A stretch of 64,000 bases of DNA from Octopus bimaculoides (taxonomy: Eukaryota): the NCBI RefSeq assembly GCF_001194135.2, contig NC_068984.1, positions 136,219,248-136,283,247 on the forward strand, written 5' to 3'. Positions 14,846-28,689 of this stretch are shown one piece after another (the stretch's first letter is position 1; each line of letters begins with the position of its first letter). The position numbers were made by a program, and so were the translations under genes. The notes under the pieces were generated by a model. It was not told where the DNA came from and did no database searches. It saw only the letters and a list, made by a program, of their open reading frames with translations.

Positions 14846-14897
14846 AAGAAGAAGAAGAAGAAGAAGAAGAAGAAGAAGAAGAAGAAAAAGAATGATG

Positions 14898-14954
<57 letters not shown>

Positions 14955-14970
14955 CTACTACTACTAAGCA
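14690..14970. repeat. Compound trinucleotide microsatellite (TAT)n(TAC)n(TAA)n(GAA)n(TAA)n
   Basis: Read directly from the sequence. Confidence 0.97.
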
Positions 14971-16168
14971 TATAGTGCTTTTAGCATAACTTTTTGGTTT
15001 CTTTACTGCTTTAAATTCTCTTGTACATTGCCATATTGATTGTTACAAACGCCAGAATTTCTTCTCCTTTTCTTAGTTCATCATCTTCATCTTTTTCCAC
15101 TTGCATTAGATTTCTTCATGGCGTTAAATATCTATGTCAAAAGTGTCAGTATTATTTATAAATTGTGTCTTCTTTTATGACTTAGCATGTTTAGTGTTGG
15201 TGGAATGATAGTGGTGCTTGCGGTGGCTGCGGTGGTGAGGGAGCATCCACTTTCAACAGTAATATACTAATTATACCTAAATGAAAGTTGTTTTGTTATT
15301 TCAATGTTAGTTCCCCTATTTTTCTGATGTTGTTTTATTCACTCACCTGTTTGTTTATCGATTGATGTATTTATTTATGAACTCATTTACGTCACTATGT
15401 CCTATTTTCATGTGAAGGAGAAAAAAAAAACACGCGTTAAATATCAGGTTATTGGGTTCGAATTATTTTTTTAGATCTTATATTTAATGGCTTAAATGCT
15501 GTCATCTCCAATTGCATACATGCGTACGTACAGACAGACTCACACGCTTACATAGACGCACACACATACGTATACATATATACATATGCATCCTATCCCT
15601 GTGCACAGAGAGCTAACTATACCATATTTTCAACTCATTATTTGATATATTTGGGATTGAACCAGTCCTAATATTGGTTTCTGCAAGAATAAAATGCAAA
15701 ATTATAGATAAACGCGAGGCGAAGTAAATATACAGTGATTGTACTATTCTCTCGACATATTTTTTGTACAGCGAAACGCAATACGCATTTGTGTTTTGTG
15801 TTTTTATACCATAACCAAAGTTAATATCACTGTTAGGTTTTAAATATTTATGTAAATTATAACCAGAATTTCATTGTTTAATGATCCGTACAATATCTAC
15901 TATATAGAAATTATAACGATATTCTGGATGCAAAAATAATTGAAGAGGTTAAAATTTCCCTTCAAAAGTGAACAGCAACCACTCGAAAGCCATGGAAAAA
16001 AGGGCAAAAGATTTTTGTATTTATTATATAATGAAATAAATGTAACGTAGTAACGTTCTCATAGAGAAAAAAAACTATGAGAACATTAGCGAAATGTAGA
16101 TAATGGTCAATGTGCGTGTATGGATAAATGAAAGTTGAAAAAATGATAATGGCATAAATATGTTTACC

Positions 16169-16241
<73 letters not shown>

Positions 16242-16265
16242 GAAGGTAAGAGAGATGAGAGAGAA

Positions 16266-16303
<38 letters not shown>

Positions 16304-16614
16304 GTATATGAGTATCTGTGTGTGTGTATGTATGAAATGGAACAAATAGTTATGATTGCATCATGCTTGAATAGTCACATCGTACAAAGAAATATCTGCT
16401 TACCGAACTAAATTGACCGTTGATTTGCTATTATAGAGTATACCTTGAATAAAATAACGCTTTCGATATTTCCATGAATCGCAGAACGATAAAGGGCAAA
16501 TAGATACCATTAGACAGAAGACATGAATCATAAAAGCGATTTGATTTCCACTTCTTGCTAGCTCATAAATAAGCTTTTATACCATAATACATAGCATTCA
16601 GCAAAAAGAAAAAA

Positions 16615-16667
<53 letters not shown>

Positions 16668-17034
16668 CGTACACAGACGCTCCCACATACACATACTTAT
16701 ACAATAACCCAAACTTGCATACATAAATGCATGCCTGCACTCAGAGGTGCAAATATGATTATGTGGTTACGAAGTTCGCTTTACAATCGCGTTGTTTTCG
16801 GGTCAGATCCACTGTAAAGAATCCTGAGTAAGTGTCATTTACCATTACTGCAGGCTGACCAATGCACAAGCATCTCAATTATAAGAATATTAAATTCACT
16901 AAAATGATTTCATCCATGGATATAGGTTTTTCCAAATTACCACTCTATGGGTTGTTCTAGTAAATTTTCTGTATGATGGTGTATATAAAAATAAAACAGT
17001 TAAAGACTGTTTTCTGATCTATAAAATGTTTCTT

Positions 17035-17141
17035 TTCGGGCCCACTGCTGACACCTTGGGTAAATATCTTCTACTATAGCTTCGGCCGACCAAAACCTTG
17101 TGAGTGGATTTGGTAGACGGAAACTGAAAGAAGCCTGCATT

Positions 17142-17200
<59 letters not shown>

Positions 17201-17335
17201 GATAGATAGATAGATCTATGTCTTTGTGTGTCATTGTATATGTGCTTGTCCAACCACCACCGTTTGACAATTGGTGTTGATATGGTTACGTCCACGTAAT
17301 CAACTGGGTCAGCAAAAGTGAGCGATAGTACCGGG
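17035..17335 (+). mobile_element. SINE family A, diverged, with internal (TAGA)n
   Basis: GACACCTTGGGTAAATATCTTCTACTATAGC..GTGAGTGGATTTGGTAGACGGAAACTGAAAGAAGCC. Confidence 0.85.
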
Positions 17336-17559
17336 CTTTAGTACATTGCTACAGAAAGGACCCCCAACTCAACAATACACACACACACATGCATACAGAT
17401 TGGCTGTTCACGGAGGCTGGTATAATTTCTTATTTTTTCACACTTGCAAAACTTCTACACTCTATGTGTTATAGTTGAGTTTTTGTATTTACTACAGGAC
17501 ATTAGCTACTTCTACAGATATGTTACTGCAAATTGTAGAAAATATATCTGCAAAGGATG

Positions 17560-19660
17560 ACAGAAAGCTTTATAAATATTACTGGTCAGAGCTCAGAATT
17601 CTGTGAGACGCTGGCTTTTACTTCTTGTCATCAAGTTAAGTACCTCTTTGATTACTTGTTGAAAGAGTGCTTTTCCTGCTATGAAATTAGCAACTTTTAT
17701 TCCATCTTTACCTGCAGTGTTAAATTTGGTGTAGAAATATGTCGAGGTCCTATGTTTTTACAATGTGTCTCCCTTTACAGATTCACAAAAATTATTGTTT
17801 TATTAGAGAGAGCTCACAATTTTTGTAGTTTGATCTCCTACATCACGATGTTCGCAAAATTTGTAAAAGAGGTTCGTTGGGGAAATGACAAACAAAACGT
17901 ATTGCTATATTTAGTTACGTAACTTGACGTTTTAATCTCAACTCCCAACCACATTGACGTTATCATCCATTCCATCTGAATCGGTATAATAATTATTATA
18001 TCGATCTGATTGCCTATGACCATCTGGCACATAGAAGAACTTGTGGCATTGTTAGAAGCCAATATCATTAATATCTGCCACGTACGTTTGCGAATTGAAT
18101 ATAATCTTGTCAGGTAATTTACCATATGTTATACTTGTTTAGGTTATCAATGGAAATATTGTTTATATTTCTAGCCACTCTCTTTAATATCACTCTACAT
18201 GAATACTATTATCATGCAACAGATATCTAGTTTTCTTCTCGAGTTTGAATCGAAAATGTGATAAATTTCATCCGTTATGTTTTCACTTTGATTTAACTTT
18301 TGCATAACTTGCCCCGATCATGACATTTGAAGACGCCCTCAATTTTAGTAGTTTAAACTTTAACTTATTTATATTATTCGGTTTCGAACTACTTTGCTTT
18401 TGGAGGGATCCACATCGAATCAAACATTTCTAGCAGCCACGATAAAGCATCATATGCGCCTTTCACATGAAATTTGGAGTCGAATTAGATAACGTCGAAT
18501 TAGATAACTTCTGCAATATTAGGTTATGGATCTCTATCAAAGCTCATTGTCTTAAATCACTCAAGTTCGGACGCTGCTACCCTACAAGAACACCTCTACA
18601 CTACAACACCCTCTGCTGTGTCTGGAAATAAACATCTCCCGTAACTAATTGAATTTTAACCACCACAGCATCACAAGACTTTCATCTGTAAAGTAAAAGA
18701 CAGCTGCAAGNNNNNNNNNNNNNNNNNNNNNNNNNNNNNNNNNNNNNNNNNNNNNNATATATATATATATATATACATTGCCAAATTACTATTTTTACTT
18801 CTCGTGTCTAGCTAAAGGGATCTTTATAATAGTCTCTAAGGTGTTAAATACGGTAGCTTTAGTAGAAAATATCACACATTATCTGCACAATTTTCAAAAT
18901 CCTTTTTAAATATAGAAACATTTGTAATTTATGAATCCCAATCTATCAATCTCAAATCTAACATGTGGGGAGCGAGCAAATTTACTGTAGAAACATTTCG
19001 TCACTACAAACAATTCCCCTGTGCAGGTTCAACAAGAACTTTCGGAGCCCTCATCTTTTACTTGCGACAGGAGAGTCACCTATATAGATGGTAGCACAAT
19101 TAACACCGTTTTAATGTCCTTAGACATGTATCAGCCACACACAGCTAAATTCGCCGTTTCAAACGTGTAGTGCCTTCATGAATAGAGTTCTCGAAAACTA
19201 TATAAAATCACTAGAAGTGTTCTCAAAAACTTCCCACTTCTTCAGAGAAAGACATTATGCCTACGCTGAACAATTGCTGACGCAACATGAGTTATTCTAA
19301 TCCAAAATTGAATACTTTTCGAATAGATGGGTGAATCTTACTGCTGCTCACAAAAAACCATTATACTGCATCAAATCCAAGACATCGGGCGTCATCAAAA
19401 GACTCCAGCATATATCACATATTGAACCTAAAGCCCCTCGTGTGTTCGACCAAACCCATTCAAATTACCTACCACTCATCCTTTCGTAAATCAACCTCTG
19501 TCTCCCGTTTTTCCTTGCAACGTCCATACTCTCGTCTCCCCGATCACAAAGCAGACACACATATGATTTTCTTTTAGCCGTCGTTATACAGCCACAGTTT
19601 TCCACTCTCCTCGCGGTGAGGAATACGGTGTCGCGTTCAAGATAAATACCGACTTCCTAC
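17560..19660. mobile_element. Region of highly degraded retroelement fragments
   Basis: Minus strand ~17590-17720 reads TAGKDGIKVANFIAGKALFQQVIKEVLNLM, similar to the LINE PGxDGI motif region. Segments at 18520-18700 and 19400-19620 look retroelement-derived but I could not assign them. Confidence 0.3.
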
Positions 19661-21442
19661 AAAGGTCAAAGTCAGTTATTTTTGCATACTAGAACCATAT
19701 AAATACCTAACCTGTAATTTATGCAACTTATATGCATACATGCTGCATATATTAAACACACTTGAATTTTAATTTATGTAAATAGTATTAGAACAATATT
19801 TCGTTTGATTTGAGACAAGCTCTGATCGAGCAGACTCACAATCAGAAGGGCTCCGGCAGGAACAACAGCCTGTTTTTCGTCACTATATAGTTTATCTAAG
19901 ATTTCATCATCCAGATGCCCTTCAATCTACATGGCTGTAATATATAATTTAAGAAGTATTTGGCAACCACTTTTGCTTATTGAGTGGCCACGTGGAGACT
20001 CCCTTGTTGAATCGGAATAGTTTATAGTATGCGTTTTGTTGCTTTCGTGAATGTGGATGGAAGTGTTTGTATGTCGTGTTTTACTTTAGAGTTGGTCTAT
20101 ATAACATTAGTATGACATACTATTGTCGGGAGAATAGATTACTTAGAGATGTCATTCGCACAGAATACAATAGGTAACGTTAGTAATGGATGTAGGGAGC
20201 ATTAAACACAGTAGAAATATTTATGTGGATAGGGAATTACGTCATTTTCGAGAGTTGACTGAGAGATGTGTTGGAAAGTAAACGATCTTGCCATTAGTAA
20301 ATGTGATGTCTATTCAAAGAATTTAAATTTCAATGAAGCATTCTACTTAGCCATAACTAGATTTCGACAGAAAATAGAGAGACTGCTAATGACAAGAGCA
20401 TCACTGACTAATATATTAATAATAATGTTCAGAGGAAGAAGACATTTTAAATGCAATTCAATGCATTTTCTCTATGTATAGAAAGAAGAATATGTTACCA
20501 TATCACACAAATGATTTACGAAACATTACAAATTTTATGTAAATATTTTGAAGAAAGGACAGATATTTCATTACTTATATATGACCTATATACCATCTCA
20601 GCCTGTAATACACAAAGCTTTTAACAATTAATCATTTTAGAATCACAATGTGTTTCAGTGATCTTGAATTTTTTTTTTTTTTTAACTTTCAATGTAGTCT
20701 GACACAGTGAATGTTAGGTGTTCGATACACAATACTGAATCACATTTTGTTAATTTACAGAGTTTGCTCTATATCTATGCCATTGAAACCATTATTGGTT
20801 TGGTGAATTCTTCTTGTTTGCTTAGCTGTCTAATTGGCATTTTTGACGTTATTGTTTACAATAATAATTTTGGATAGTCGCTGTTGATGACTTTATAACA
20901 ATAGTATAATTATAGCTATTATTTCGGAATTTTATTTTCTCTTATGCGTTTCAATTTACCCATCCTCCTCATTCTGATTCATTTAATTTTTATACTGTTG
21001 CAGTTTTATTAGTTTTAGGCACATCTGCTTGGAGATAGCTAAACATCTGAAAGAAGAGATAACAAAGTGTAGTACTTCGTATTACTAAGCACATTTTGTC
21101 TATTCACAAGCAAGTTATAGCAAATAGATAATAACCATTTGTGTGTGTATGTGTGTGTATGGGAGAGCGAGAGAGAGAGAGAAAAAAAAAGAGAGAGAAA
21201 GAGAAAGAGAGAGAAAGAGAATGAGACAGAGAGACACTGAGAGAGAGAGAAACAGAGTAAAAGATGATTTACCAGCGGCATTTTTAAGAAACGATGTAAT
21301 TAGTGTTATTAATGTCTGTGTGTCATATTTCTGATGTTTATTCTGATACTAGTTAATGTATGTTTCGCGCCGAGAAGTAGAAAGCTCTCGAAAGTTAGTG
21401 ACTGCGGTGTTGCCTCGTTGAAATAAAGAGCGCAGATGCCAG

Positions 21443-21663
21443 TTACTCGTGTCCTTTCTTTTCCGGTTCCATGTCTGCTAACATAGTGTGATACTGTTCA
21501 TTAATCGACGTCTTCATACAGTTCCTTTTCATTCTGAAGCTCTTCATGTCGTATTCTGTAGAGAATTTCTTTTCACGTGGGAATTCTATCTCCACTTTAC
21601 TTGTAGGCTGTAGTGAATTTTCAGTCGTGATTACTTTAACGCCGATGGATTTATCATTCTCAC
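21443..21663 (-). CDS. Candidate terminal coding exon (72 aa, charged tail) of an unidentified gene
   Basis: ctag|GT GAG.. opens a frame ENDKSIGVKV...DMEPEKKGHE* with an in-frame stop just upstream of the acceptor. AATAAA lies on the minus strand at 21337-21342. The acceptor is weak and I recognised no homology. Confidence 0.4.
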
Positions 21664-21875
21664 CTAGTTTTATTGAAATATTTTATGTGAGCAAGCAGCC
21701 TACCGAATCCTACCGAACTCCAGTCTTCCCCAGTATCAATCAGTATATCCCAGAAGCCCTCTGAAATATTTGTGAAATTAATGGTCTAATACTTTGAAAC
21801 CAAAAAAGAACACAGATTTAGAAATAATACATTTCTAAATCTCTCAGAGAGATTTATGCAGTAGTGATACGATAA

Positions 21876-22122
21876 AGTAGTTGTATGCTGTCAACTTAAT
21901 GTGACAGTCCCCTGAAGGTCATAATACTACTGTTGGTTAAACCTGGGAAGCTGCACTCCTTCCTGTCGGGTTTCCTAGGGTGCTTGTCTCCCCCTTGCAA
22001 ACATATGGACACAGGAAATGTGTCAAGGCCGACAGGAAGCAGTGCAGCTTCCTAGGTCTAACCAACAGTAGTATTATTCCCTTCAGGAGACTGTCACATT
22101 AAGTTGACAGCATACAACTACT
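21876..22122. mobile_element. Long-hairpin MITE-like element with 94-bp inverted arms and TAA target-site duplication (PIF/Harbinger/Tourist-like TSD)
   Basis: Arm 21876-21969 (AGTAGTTGTATGCTGTCAAC...CTTCCTGTCGG) and arm 22029-22122 are reverse complements with 6 mismatches around a 59-nt spacer. TAA lies at 21873-21875 and 22123-22125. The inverted repeat is certain; the superfamily call is inference. Confidence 0.8.
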
Positions 22123-22906
22123 TAAAAAAAAAGAGTATAGACTTGGACAGCAGGTTTGTAGAGAAAGTATTGAGTATCTTATTTGTTAGCCAGTTGTCAT
22201 ATTTTTTGCTAGAATATTCTCTTTCTTTTCCTTTTTCCAAACACTTCTTCCGTAACGTGTTAAATGTCAAATCGTATTTAACAGCGCCTTCATATTTTGA
22301 AGCAAAATACCTCTGTCAAAATGAGTTTACTTTTCATCCCTTGATCAATACGAAGAGAGGCATGCACTGAGATTCAACTACGATTCTCATTCGTCTCTCA
22401 TTCGTATGAATTTGTAATGAAACTGTTATTACTATTGTATGTGATGCCGTAACCTAAGTTACATGTGTTGATATTATAGATATTGACCTTTGAATCTCGG
22501 GAGATCTTAGTAAACTATTACTCGTTCATTCCCTATCATTATAATTGTGTCATTAATATGTCGGATCAACTTGCTGTACTCTCTGTAAAGATTGCTATAT
22601 CTTTAGTTCAAAACTTCCCCTTTCTAAAGTTCTTTTAGTATCCTTTTCGTGATTTCTCAAGGTCGTAATATTCTTTCGACTTTTGGCACAAAGCCAGCAA
22701 TTAAAAAAAAACGTTTAAGTAGATTATACTAATCCCAGATTATATCGGTCCCAAATTATATCGATCTCGGTACATTATTTTTATCGATGTTAAAACTTAG
22801 GTAAGTAACTTAATTTTTATTAAGCATAATTAGTCCTGGAACCTTTTGATGCCATCTCGTATCTAACGTGAAACTCATAAATTTGACCGCATTTCATGTG
22901 GCTTAC

Positions 22907-22971
22907 GGCAGCGATTTATTTGAACCACATACATATTGATATATAATAGGATTATGGCCATACAAACGAGT
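22907..22971 (-). CDS. Candidate 65-nt exon encoding a hydrophobic, TM-like stretch
   Basis: atgtttcag|ACTC...CTGCC|gtaagc. The phase 2-to-1 reading LVCMAIILLYINMYVVQINRC joins in frame to the 21663 exon (..NRC-R-ENDK). Confidence 0.4.
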
Positions 22972-23378
22972 CTGAAACATGGACGTACTCAAACATTGCT
23001 GATACGTTTCACAGTGGTTGATGCAACATTTGTGGTTACATTGCTTTATCAAATAGGACGGCGTCAAGATACTACGTGTCACTATCAATACCAACCAACA
23101 AAAGAATCAATGATATGTTGACACAAACAAAAAGTACAAAAAATACGAATTTATGGTTCTCCAAAAATAATATTGTCCCTGTGAACATTTTAATTATCAT
23201 TTCTATTCTGTAAAGCCCAATCGGAAAAAAAAATGCTATTAAGTTTTCCCACTGTATTTTGAGAGACACGTTCTTAATGCGTTTACAGATTATACTCAGT
23301 TAGTGAAAGATTTGTATTTAACAAAACCGTGCGAATATTAAACAACATTTTTGACAATATATGTTTAGCTATTAATGG

Positions 23379-23574
23379 TTTATCCTTTTCACTGCGAAAG
23401 TAAATTTGCTGGTTATTCCAGTAATGACGTTAAATATCTACCGAATAATAAAATTAGTATTTTCTGCAAGTCACGTTGCCTCAATAAATTTAACGTATCT
23501 CAACAGAATATATGACATTCCTCGACAAAAGATAAATTGGTATATAAAACTGATTTCCACGGTAAAGGGGTTAA
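23379..23574. mobile_element. Degenerate piggyBac-like MITE
   Basis: The right end is AAAGGGG|TTAA; the left end TTTA|TCCTTTTC is degenerate. A similar right end (AAAAGGG|TTAA) lies at 29546. Confidence 0.35.
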
Positions 23575-25011
23575 TAGTGATATAATAAATGCTGTAAGTT
23601 AAACATTCACAAATGTAAGTAGCATAGAATACGATATATATTTCTCAAACTTTTTCTTAAAACGAACTATGAAAAAATAGATATGAGATGGGGGATAAAA
23701 AATATAAGTACATAATTTGTTGCTTACGTAAATACAGGAGATATGGTAGATATGACCTCTTACAATTTTGTAAGTCATTTGGTTAAAACGACAGTAATGC
23801 ACTCATAAGAATATATACATTCGAATGTATTTGCATCTGAACTTATTTCTATATCCTTTTCTTCCTCTCTCTCTCTCTCTTTCTCTCTCTCACTCTCACT
23901 CTCTCTCCAAACATATGATAATATATAAAACATATATACGTAATATGTATACCTATCTATCTATCTATCTTACTATATATATATATATATATATNNNNNN
24001 NNNNNNNNNNNNNNNNNNNNNNNNNNNNNNNNNNNNNNNNNNNNNNNNNNNNNNNNNNNNNNNNNNNNNNNNNNNNNNNNNNNNNNNNNNNNNNNNNNNN
24101 NNNNNNNNNNNNNNNNNNNNNNNNNNNNNNNNNNNNNNNNNNNNNNNNNNNNNNNNNNNNNNNNNNNNNNNNNNNNNNNNNNNNNNNNNNNNNNNNNNNN
24201 NNNNNNNNNNNNNNNNNNNNNNNNNNNNNNNNNNNNNNNNNNNNNNNNNNNNNNNNNNNNNNNNNNNNNNNNNNNNNNNNNNNNNNNNNNNNNNNNNNNN
24301 NNNNNNNNNNNNNNNNNNNNNNNNNNNNNNNNNNNNNNNNNNNNNNNNNNNNNNNNNNNNNNNNNNNNNNNNNNNNNNNNNNNNNNNNNNNNNNNNNNNN
24401 NNNNNNNNNNNNNNNNNNNNNNNNNNNNNNNNNNNNNNNNNNNNNNNNNNNNNNNNNNNNNNNNNNNNNNNNNNNNNNNNNNNNNNNNNNNNNNNNNNNN
24501 NNNNNNNNNNNNNNNNNNNNNNNNNNNNNNNNNNNNNNNNNNNNNNNNNNNNNNNNNNNNNNNNNNNNNNNNNNNNNNNNNNNNNNNNNNNNNNNNNNNN
24601 NNNNNNNNNNNNNNNNNNNNNNNNNNNNNNNNNNNNNNNNNNNNNNNNNNNNNNNNNNNNNNNNNNNNNNNNNNNNNNNNNNNNNNNNNNNNNNNNNNNN
24701 NNNNNNNNNNNNNNNNNNNNNNNNNNNNNNNNNNNNNNNNNNNNNNNNNNNNNNNNNNNNNNNNNNNNNNNNNNNNNNNNNNNNNNNNNNNNNNNNNNNN
24801 NNNNNNNNNNNNNNNNNNNNNNNNNNNNNNNNNNNNNNNNNNNNNNNNNNNNNNNNNNNNNNNNNNNNATATATGTACGGTTATCAATTTGTGTTGCACG
24901 ATTCCTGGTATAAAATCGTGTGTTGAAACAGATATTGTTGTATTTCGGGACGGTCATTTTCTTTTTTTTTAGCCAAATAACCACACGCACTATATATTTG
25001 TTCTTCACTAG

Positions 25012-25299
25012 TTTATTACTGTTCTTATTTCAACTCATGTCCATTGTCTAGAAATCTTTCATCGCACATTTGTGTCCTCTTCACTGCCACTTTTCGTTTT
25101 CGTGGGTGTGTTCTTGCTCCACTTATTCCATTCTGTTCTTCTATGGTGTGTATCCTTATGTGCGCATGCGTTTGCGGCCTCGTTTCTCTGTATCTTTGTG
25201 TGCGCGCGCGCGTGTTTGTATGTGTGTGTATGCTTGTATATGTGCCATTAACAACAACAGCAGCAGCGGCGGTGACGACGATGGCAATAACAACAACAG

Positions 25300-25366
<67 letters not shown>

Positions 25367-25765
25367 CTCGATGACAACACCGTGGGCGAACACACAGACA
25401 CAGAAGAATACAGGAACTGTACCATATTTTTCGGGTCTTAAGACAGTAGCAGCACAGTGGGGGTGATAGGATGGGGCTGCTGAACGGAAAGCCACACTGC
25501 TGCTAAAAATTATGACACGCATACAAGCAAACACACACATATACACACACATACACGCATACACACACATACACGTTCGCACAAACAAGGAGACAAACGC
25601 ATGCGCACATAAGGATACACATCTCAGAAAAAAAACAGAATAGAGTAAGTGGAGCAAGAACACACACGAAAGCGAACAGTGTCGCTGAAGAGGTCACAGA
25701 TGAGTGACGAAAGATTTCTGGACAATGGACATGAGTTAAGATAATAAAATAAGAACAGTAATAAA
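25012..25765. repeat. Inverted repeat with ~200-240-bp arms around a microsatellite-containing spacer
   Basis: 25012-~25240 (TTTATTACTGTTCTTATTT..AACTCATGTCCATTGTCTAGAAATCTTTC..GTTCTTGCTCCACTTA..GTGTATCCTTATGTGCGCATGCGTTTG) matches the reverse complement of ~25520-25765 at roughly 80% by eye. Confidence 0.9.
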
Positions 25766-25797
25766 AATATACAGTTCGATTCAGGCTCCCTGGTACT

Positions 25798-25840
<43 letters not shown>

Positions 25841-26089
25841 TGGGAGAGAGAGTGAGATGTTTGCATGTGTTTGGGTGTATATATATATATATATATACAT
25901 GCTGGTACATTTAAACATTAAATATGTACTTAAAATAGCTACATGGTCCTAAACTAAAGCGAATCTCGTATGGTTCTATGTTTGACAGCCAAAGTAACTG
26001 TGTGCCTTAGATATTACAGTTTCTGTTGAATATTTGTTACACTCATATAAATACGAAAGTCATAAGGTGGATAAAATAAAGGTTTTTAC

Positions 26090-26189
26090 CTCGGCTATTG
26101 TTAGCTAAAAACGTACGAGAGCGCAATGGCTCGGCATTTTGACCAGCTCTTAATGTTATTTGGATTGTATGATTACAGGAAAATGTTTC
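26090..26189 (-). CDS. Candidate 100-nt exon
   Basis: tgttgtttcag|GAA...CCGAG|gtaaaa reads ETFSCNHTIQITLRAGQNAEPLRSRTFLANNSR, with two N-glycosylation sequons. It is phase-compatible with 27889-27926. Confidence 0.35.
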
Positions 26190-27691
26190 CTGAAACAACA
26201 CATGTTTATTTTAAATAATTTTAATAATTACTGTAAACATGTATACCGAAGTACAATTTTCTGAATACGTCAAAATTCATTTTATCGCAAAACTTATTAA
26301 TGATGTTCATATTCTTACGCTTTAAATAATGATAGTTTCCATCAGAAACACAAATTGGATTTTATCTGAGCTTACTAAAATACACTGGATAATTTTACGG
26401 TTTTCTCTATATTCTGGAAGCTACGACAATTCGTCATTCCTTAGAAGCACACAGTTTGGTAGTTCATTATATTCACCATATTAAACCTGTTCTCTATAGT
26501 CTAAGACTTGTTATTATTGGAACTTATTTTTAATGTATTTCTTGAATCTTATGAAACTAATTTTGTTGCCTGTAATCTCCCATCAGCAGATTACCGAATA
26601 TACCGAAGCTTACTCGGACAGAAATAACCATATAAATCCGCACTAGAATTAATGACAAACGTAATCTACAATGACAATAACGTCTCTTTTGTTAAAATTC
26701 GGAGCTTAGACAGACGACTTTCTTGTTGTCTACACACATGTCCATCTGAGACATTTTAGCCAGTGTTTACCAAAATAATTGTAACATACGCGCACGATTG
26801 CTGTTTGGATATACATATATACTTTTACGGCAACAGAACTAGAAAATCGTCTGGCATATTGAGTCACTTTCTTACCGACTGTTTCTTAGTAATTGTATAT
26901 AATATATCGGAAATGGCTAATTGACTAAACGAATATGTAATCGTATATTTCTCATATCTTGCTGTGGCTCTACCGCCGATCTCATACACTACAATACGTA
27001 GGGATACTGTCCTCTTACACCGTATTTTGAATTGTTAACAATGGCTAAGTCAAGGTCCGATGAGATCGAGCAGGTCTGAGATGAACTGCATACTATCAGT
27101 AACCATATCCAAATTTTTCCGCTCACAGTACTTCAAGAAACACGTTTACTTGTAAGTTCCCATCTTTATGAGACAGAAGTTTTATTGAATGAAGATTTGA
27201 CAGTTAACACCATCGGTTCAAGGGACTGCATAGACTAGTCCTCGTTGACTTTGATGTGTTTTAAATGATTCAACATCTTGCAGCGGGTTTCATCTAAAGG
27301 TAAGCTCACTTGAGAATTTATATCTGCATTTTATGTGCCACTTGTGATTATTAAACTATTGTTCCGACTACGATTCCGTATGTTAAACATAGATCCATAC
27401 GAGACTCGTTTTAGTTTAAGACCACGTAACTATTTTAAGTACATTTGAAATACAACTGATACTTATTTATAGATCTCTTTGGGCAAATGGCTTTACCACA
27501 AAAAGAGTGCAGTTCACTAATCCACTGCAGAATACGAACCACGAACCTCTCCGATGATCGATGAATCTTTATCCTCTGCAACAAGTGATTTCATCAGTAA
27601 GTACAGCAGTGAAATATATTATCCGCTTCTAGTTAGCATGCCATATTCCTTCAGCTATAACCTTTGCACTGTTGTAGAGCATTGTTGTAAG

Positions 27692-27728
<37 letters not shown>

Positions 27729-27749
27729 TAGTGTGCCTGCGTGTGTCTG

Positions 27750-27782
<33 letters not shown>

Positions 27783-27888
27783 TGTGTCTGTGTATGTGGG
27801 TGTGTTTGTGTGTATTTCTGACAAAGATTAGAGAGAACAATAAGAGAGATTCCAACAAATCTTGACGATTTTTAAATGTTTGAATTAC

Positions 27889-27926
27889 CTCATAAATTAT
27901 TGACGAGTAGATCCTTTTCAAGGTTT
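27889..27926 (-). CDS. Candidate 38-nt exon
   Basis: tttttttttattgcag|AAACC...ATGAG|gtaatt. The only open frame is phase 1-to-0, xTLKRIYSSIIYE. Confidence 0.35.
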
Positions 27927-28689
27927 CTGCAATAAAAAAAAAATCAACAACGCTATTAAATAATAATTTATAAAATTGAGAATATTCATAGACGATAAAT
28001 ATAATTCATTCTTTATCGCTAATAAATATTTAAAATTTCGGCACCAACTCGTAGTTTTGTTTAGCTGATCGCGTCAGTTACAATACATGACTCAACCATG
28101 TTTTGTAAACCTTGGACAATAGTTGCTGTTTTTGTTATTGCTATTTAACACCAGATCAACTCATACGGTTTAAAGCTATAATGCATACACAATTCATACG
28201 TAGTTTATCAACGCCAGACTGGTTTTTGTTCTTATTGCTGTTGTTCTTATGCGATTTATCCCCAGAGGAAATCTAATTGGAGTAGCGTTTATGAGCAAAT
28301 GTATCTGAGGAGTGATCCTACTACATTTGATATAGACCTAGTGTTTCTTGTTCTGCATTATAAAATGAGTTCATAATTCTCAGAAATATTTCAATGTGAT
28401 TTGGGTGATATTTGTTCTGCTATTTCTGGCGTACCAAACGGTCGCACAGAGACTTATCAGTTCGACGCTCCACATTTGAAAATCGATAAATTCTAACGAG
28501 ATTTGCTGGGCACTAAACTGTTTTCACGATCTTATCGTTCTGCCAAACCAGTCGTCTAGCCAACAAAGGCACCTCTTATGTAGCCGCTTTAGTTGCTAGA
28601 ATAAGCAATCAAATTTACCTCAGATAACGTTAGATTATTTTAAATTAAAGATAACGGAGACCATGACATCTGAAAAACTGGTTGCTTAC

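Noticed and set aside
8726-16420. Further minus-strand microexon-like units (about 8726-8741, 13248-13286 and 16394-16417)
   Set aside because: They could not be chained in phase into a coherent peptide and are likely chance splice-like pairs.
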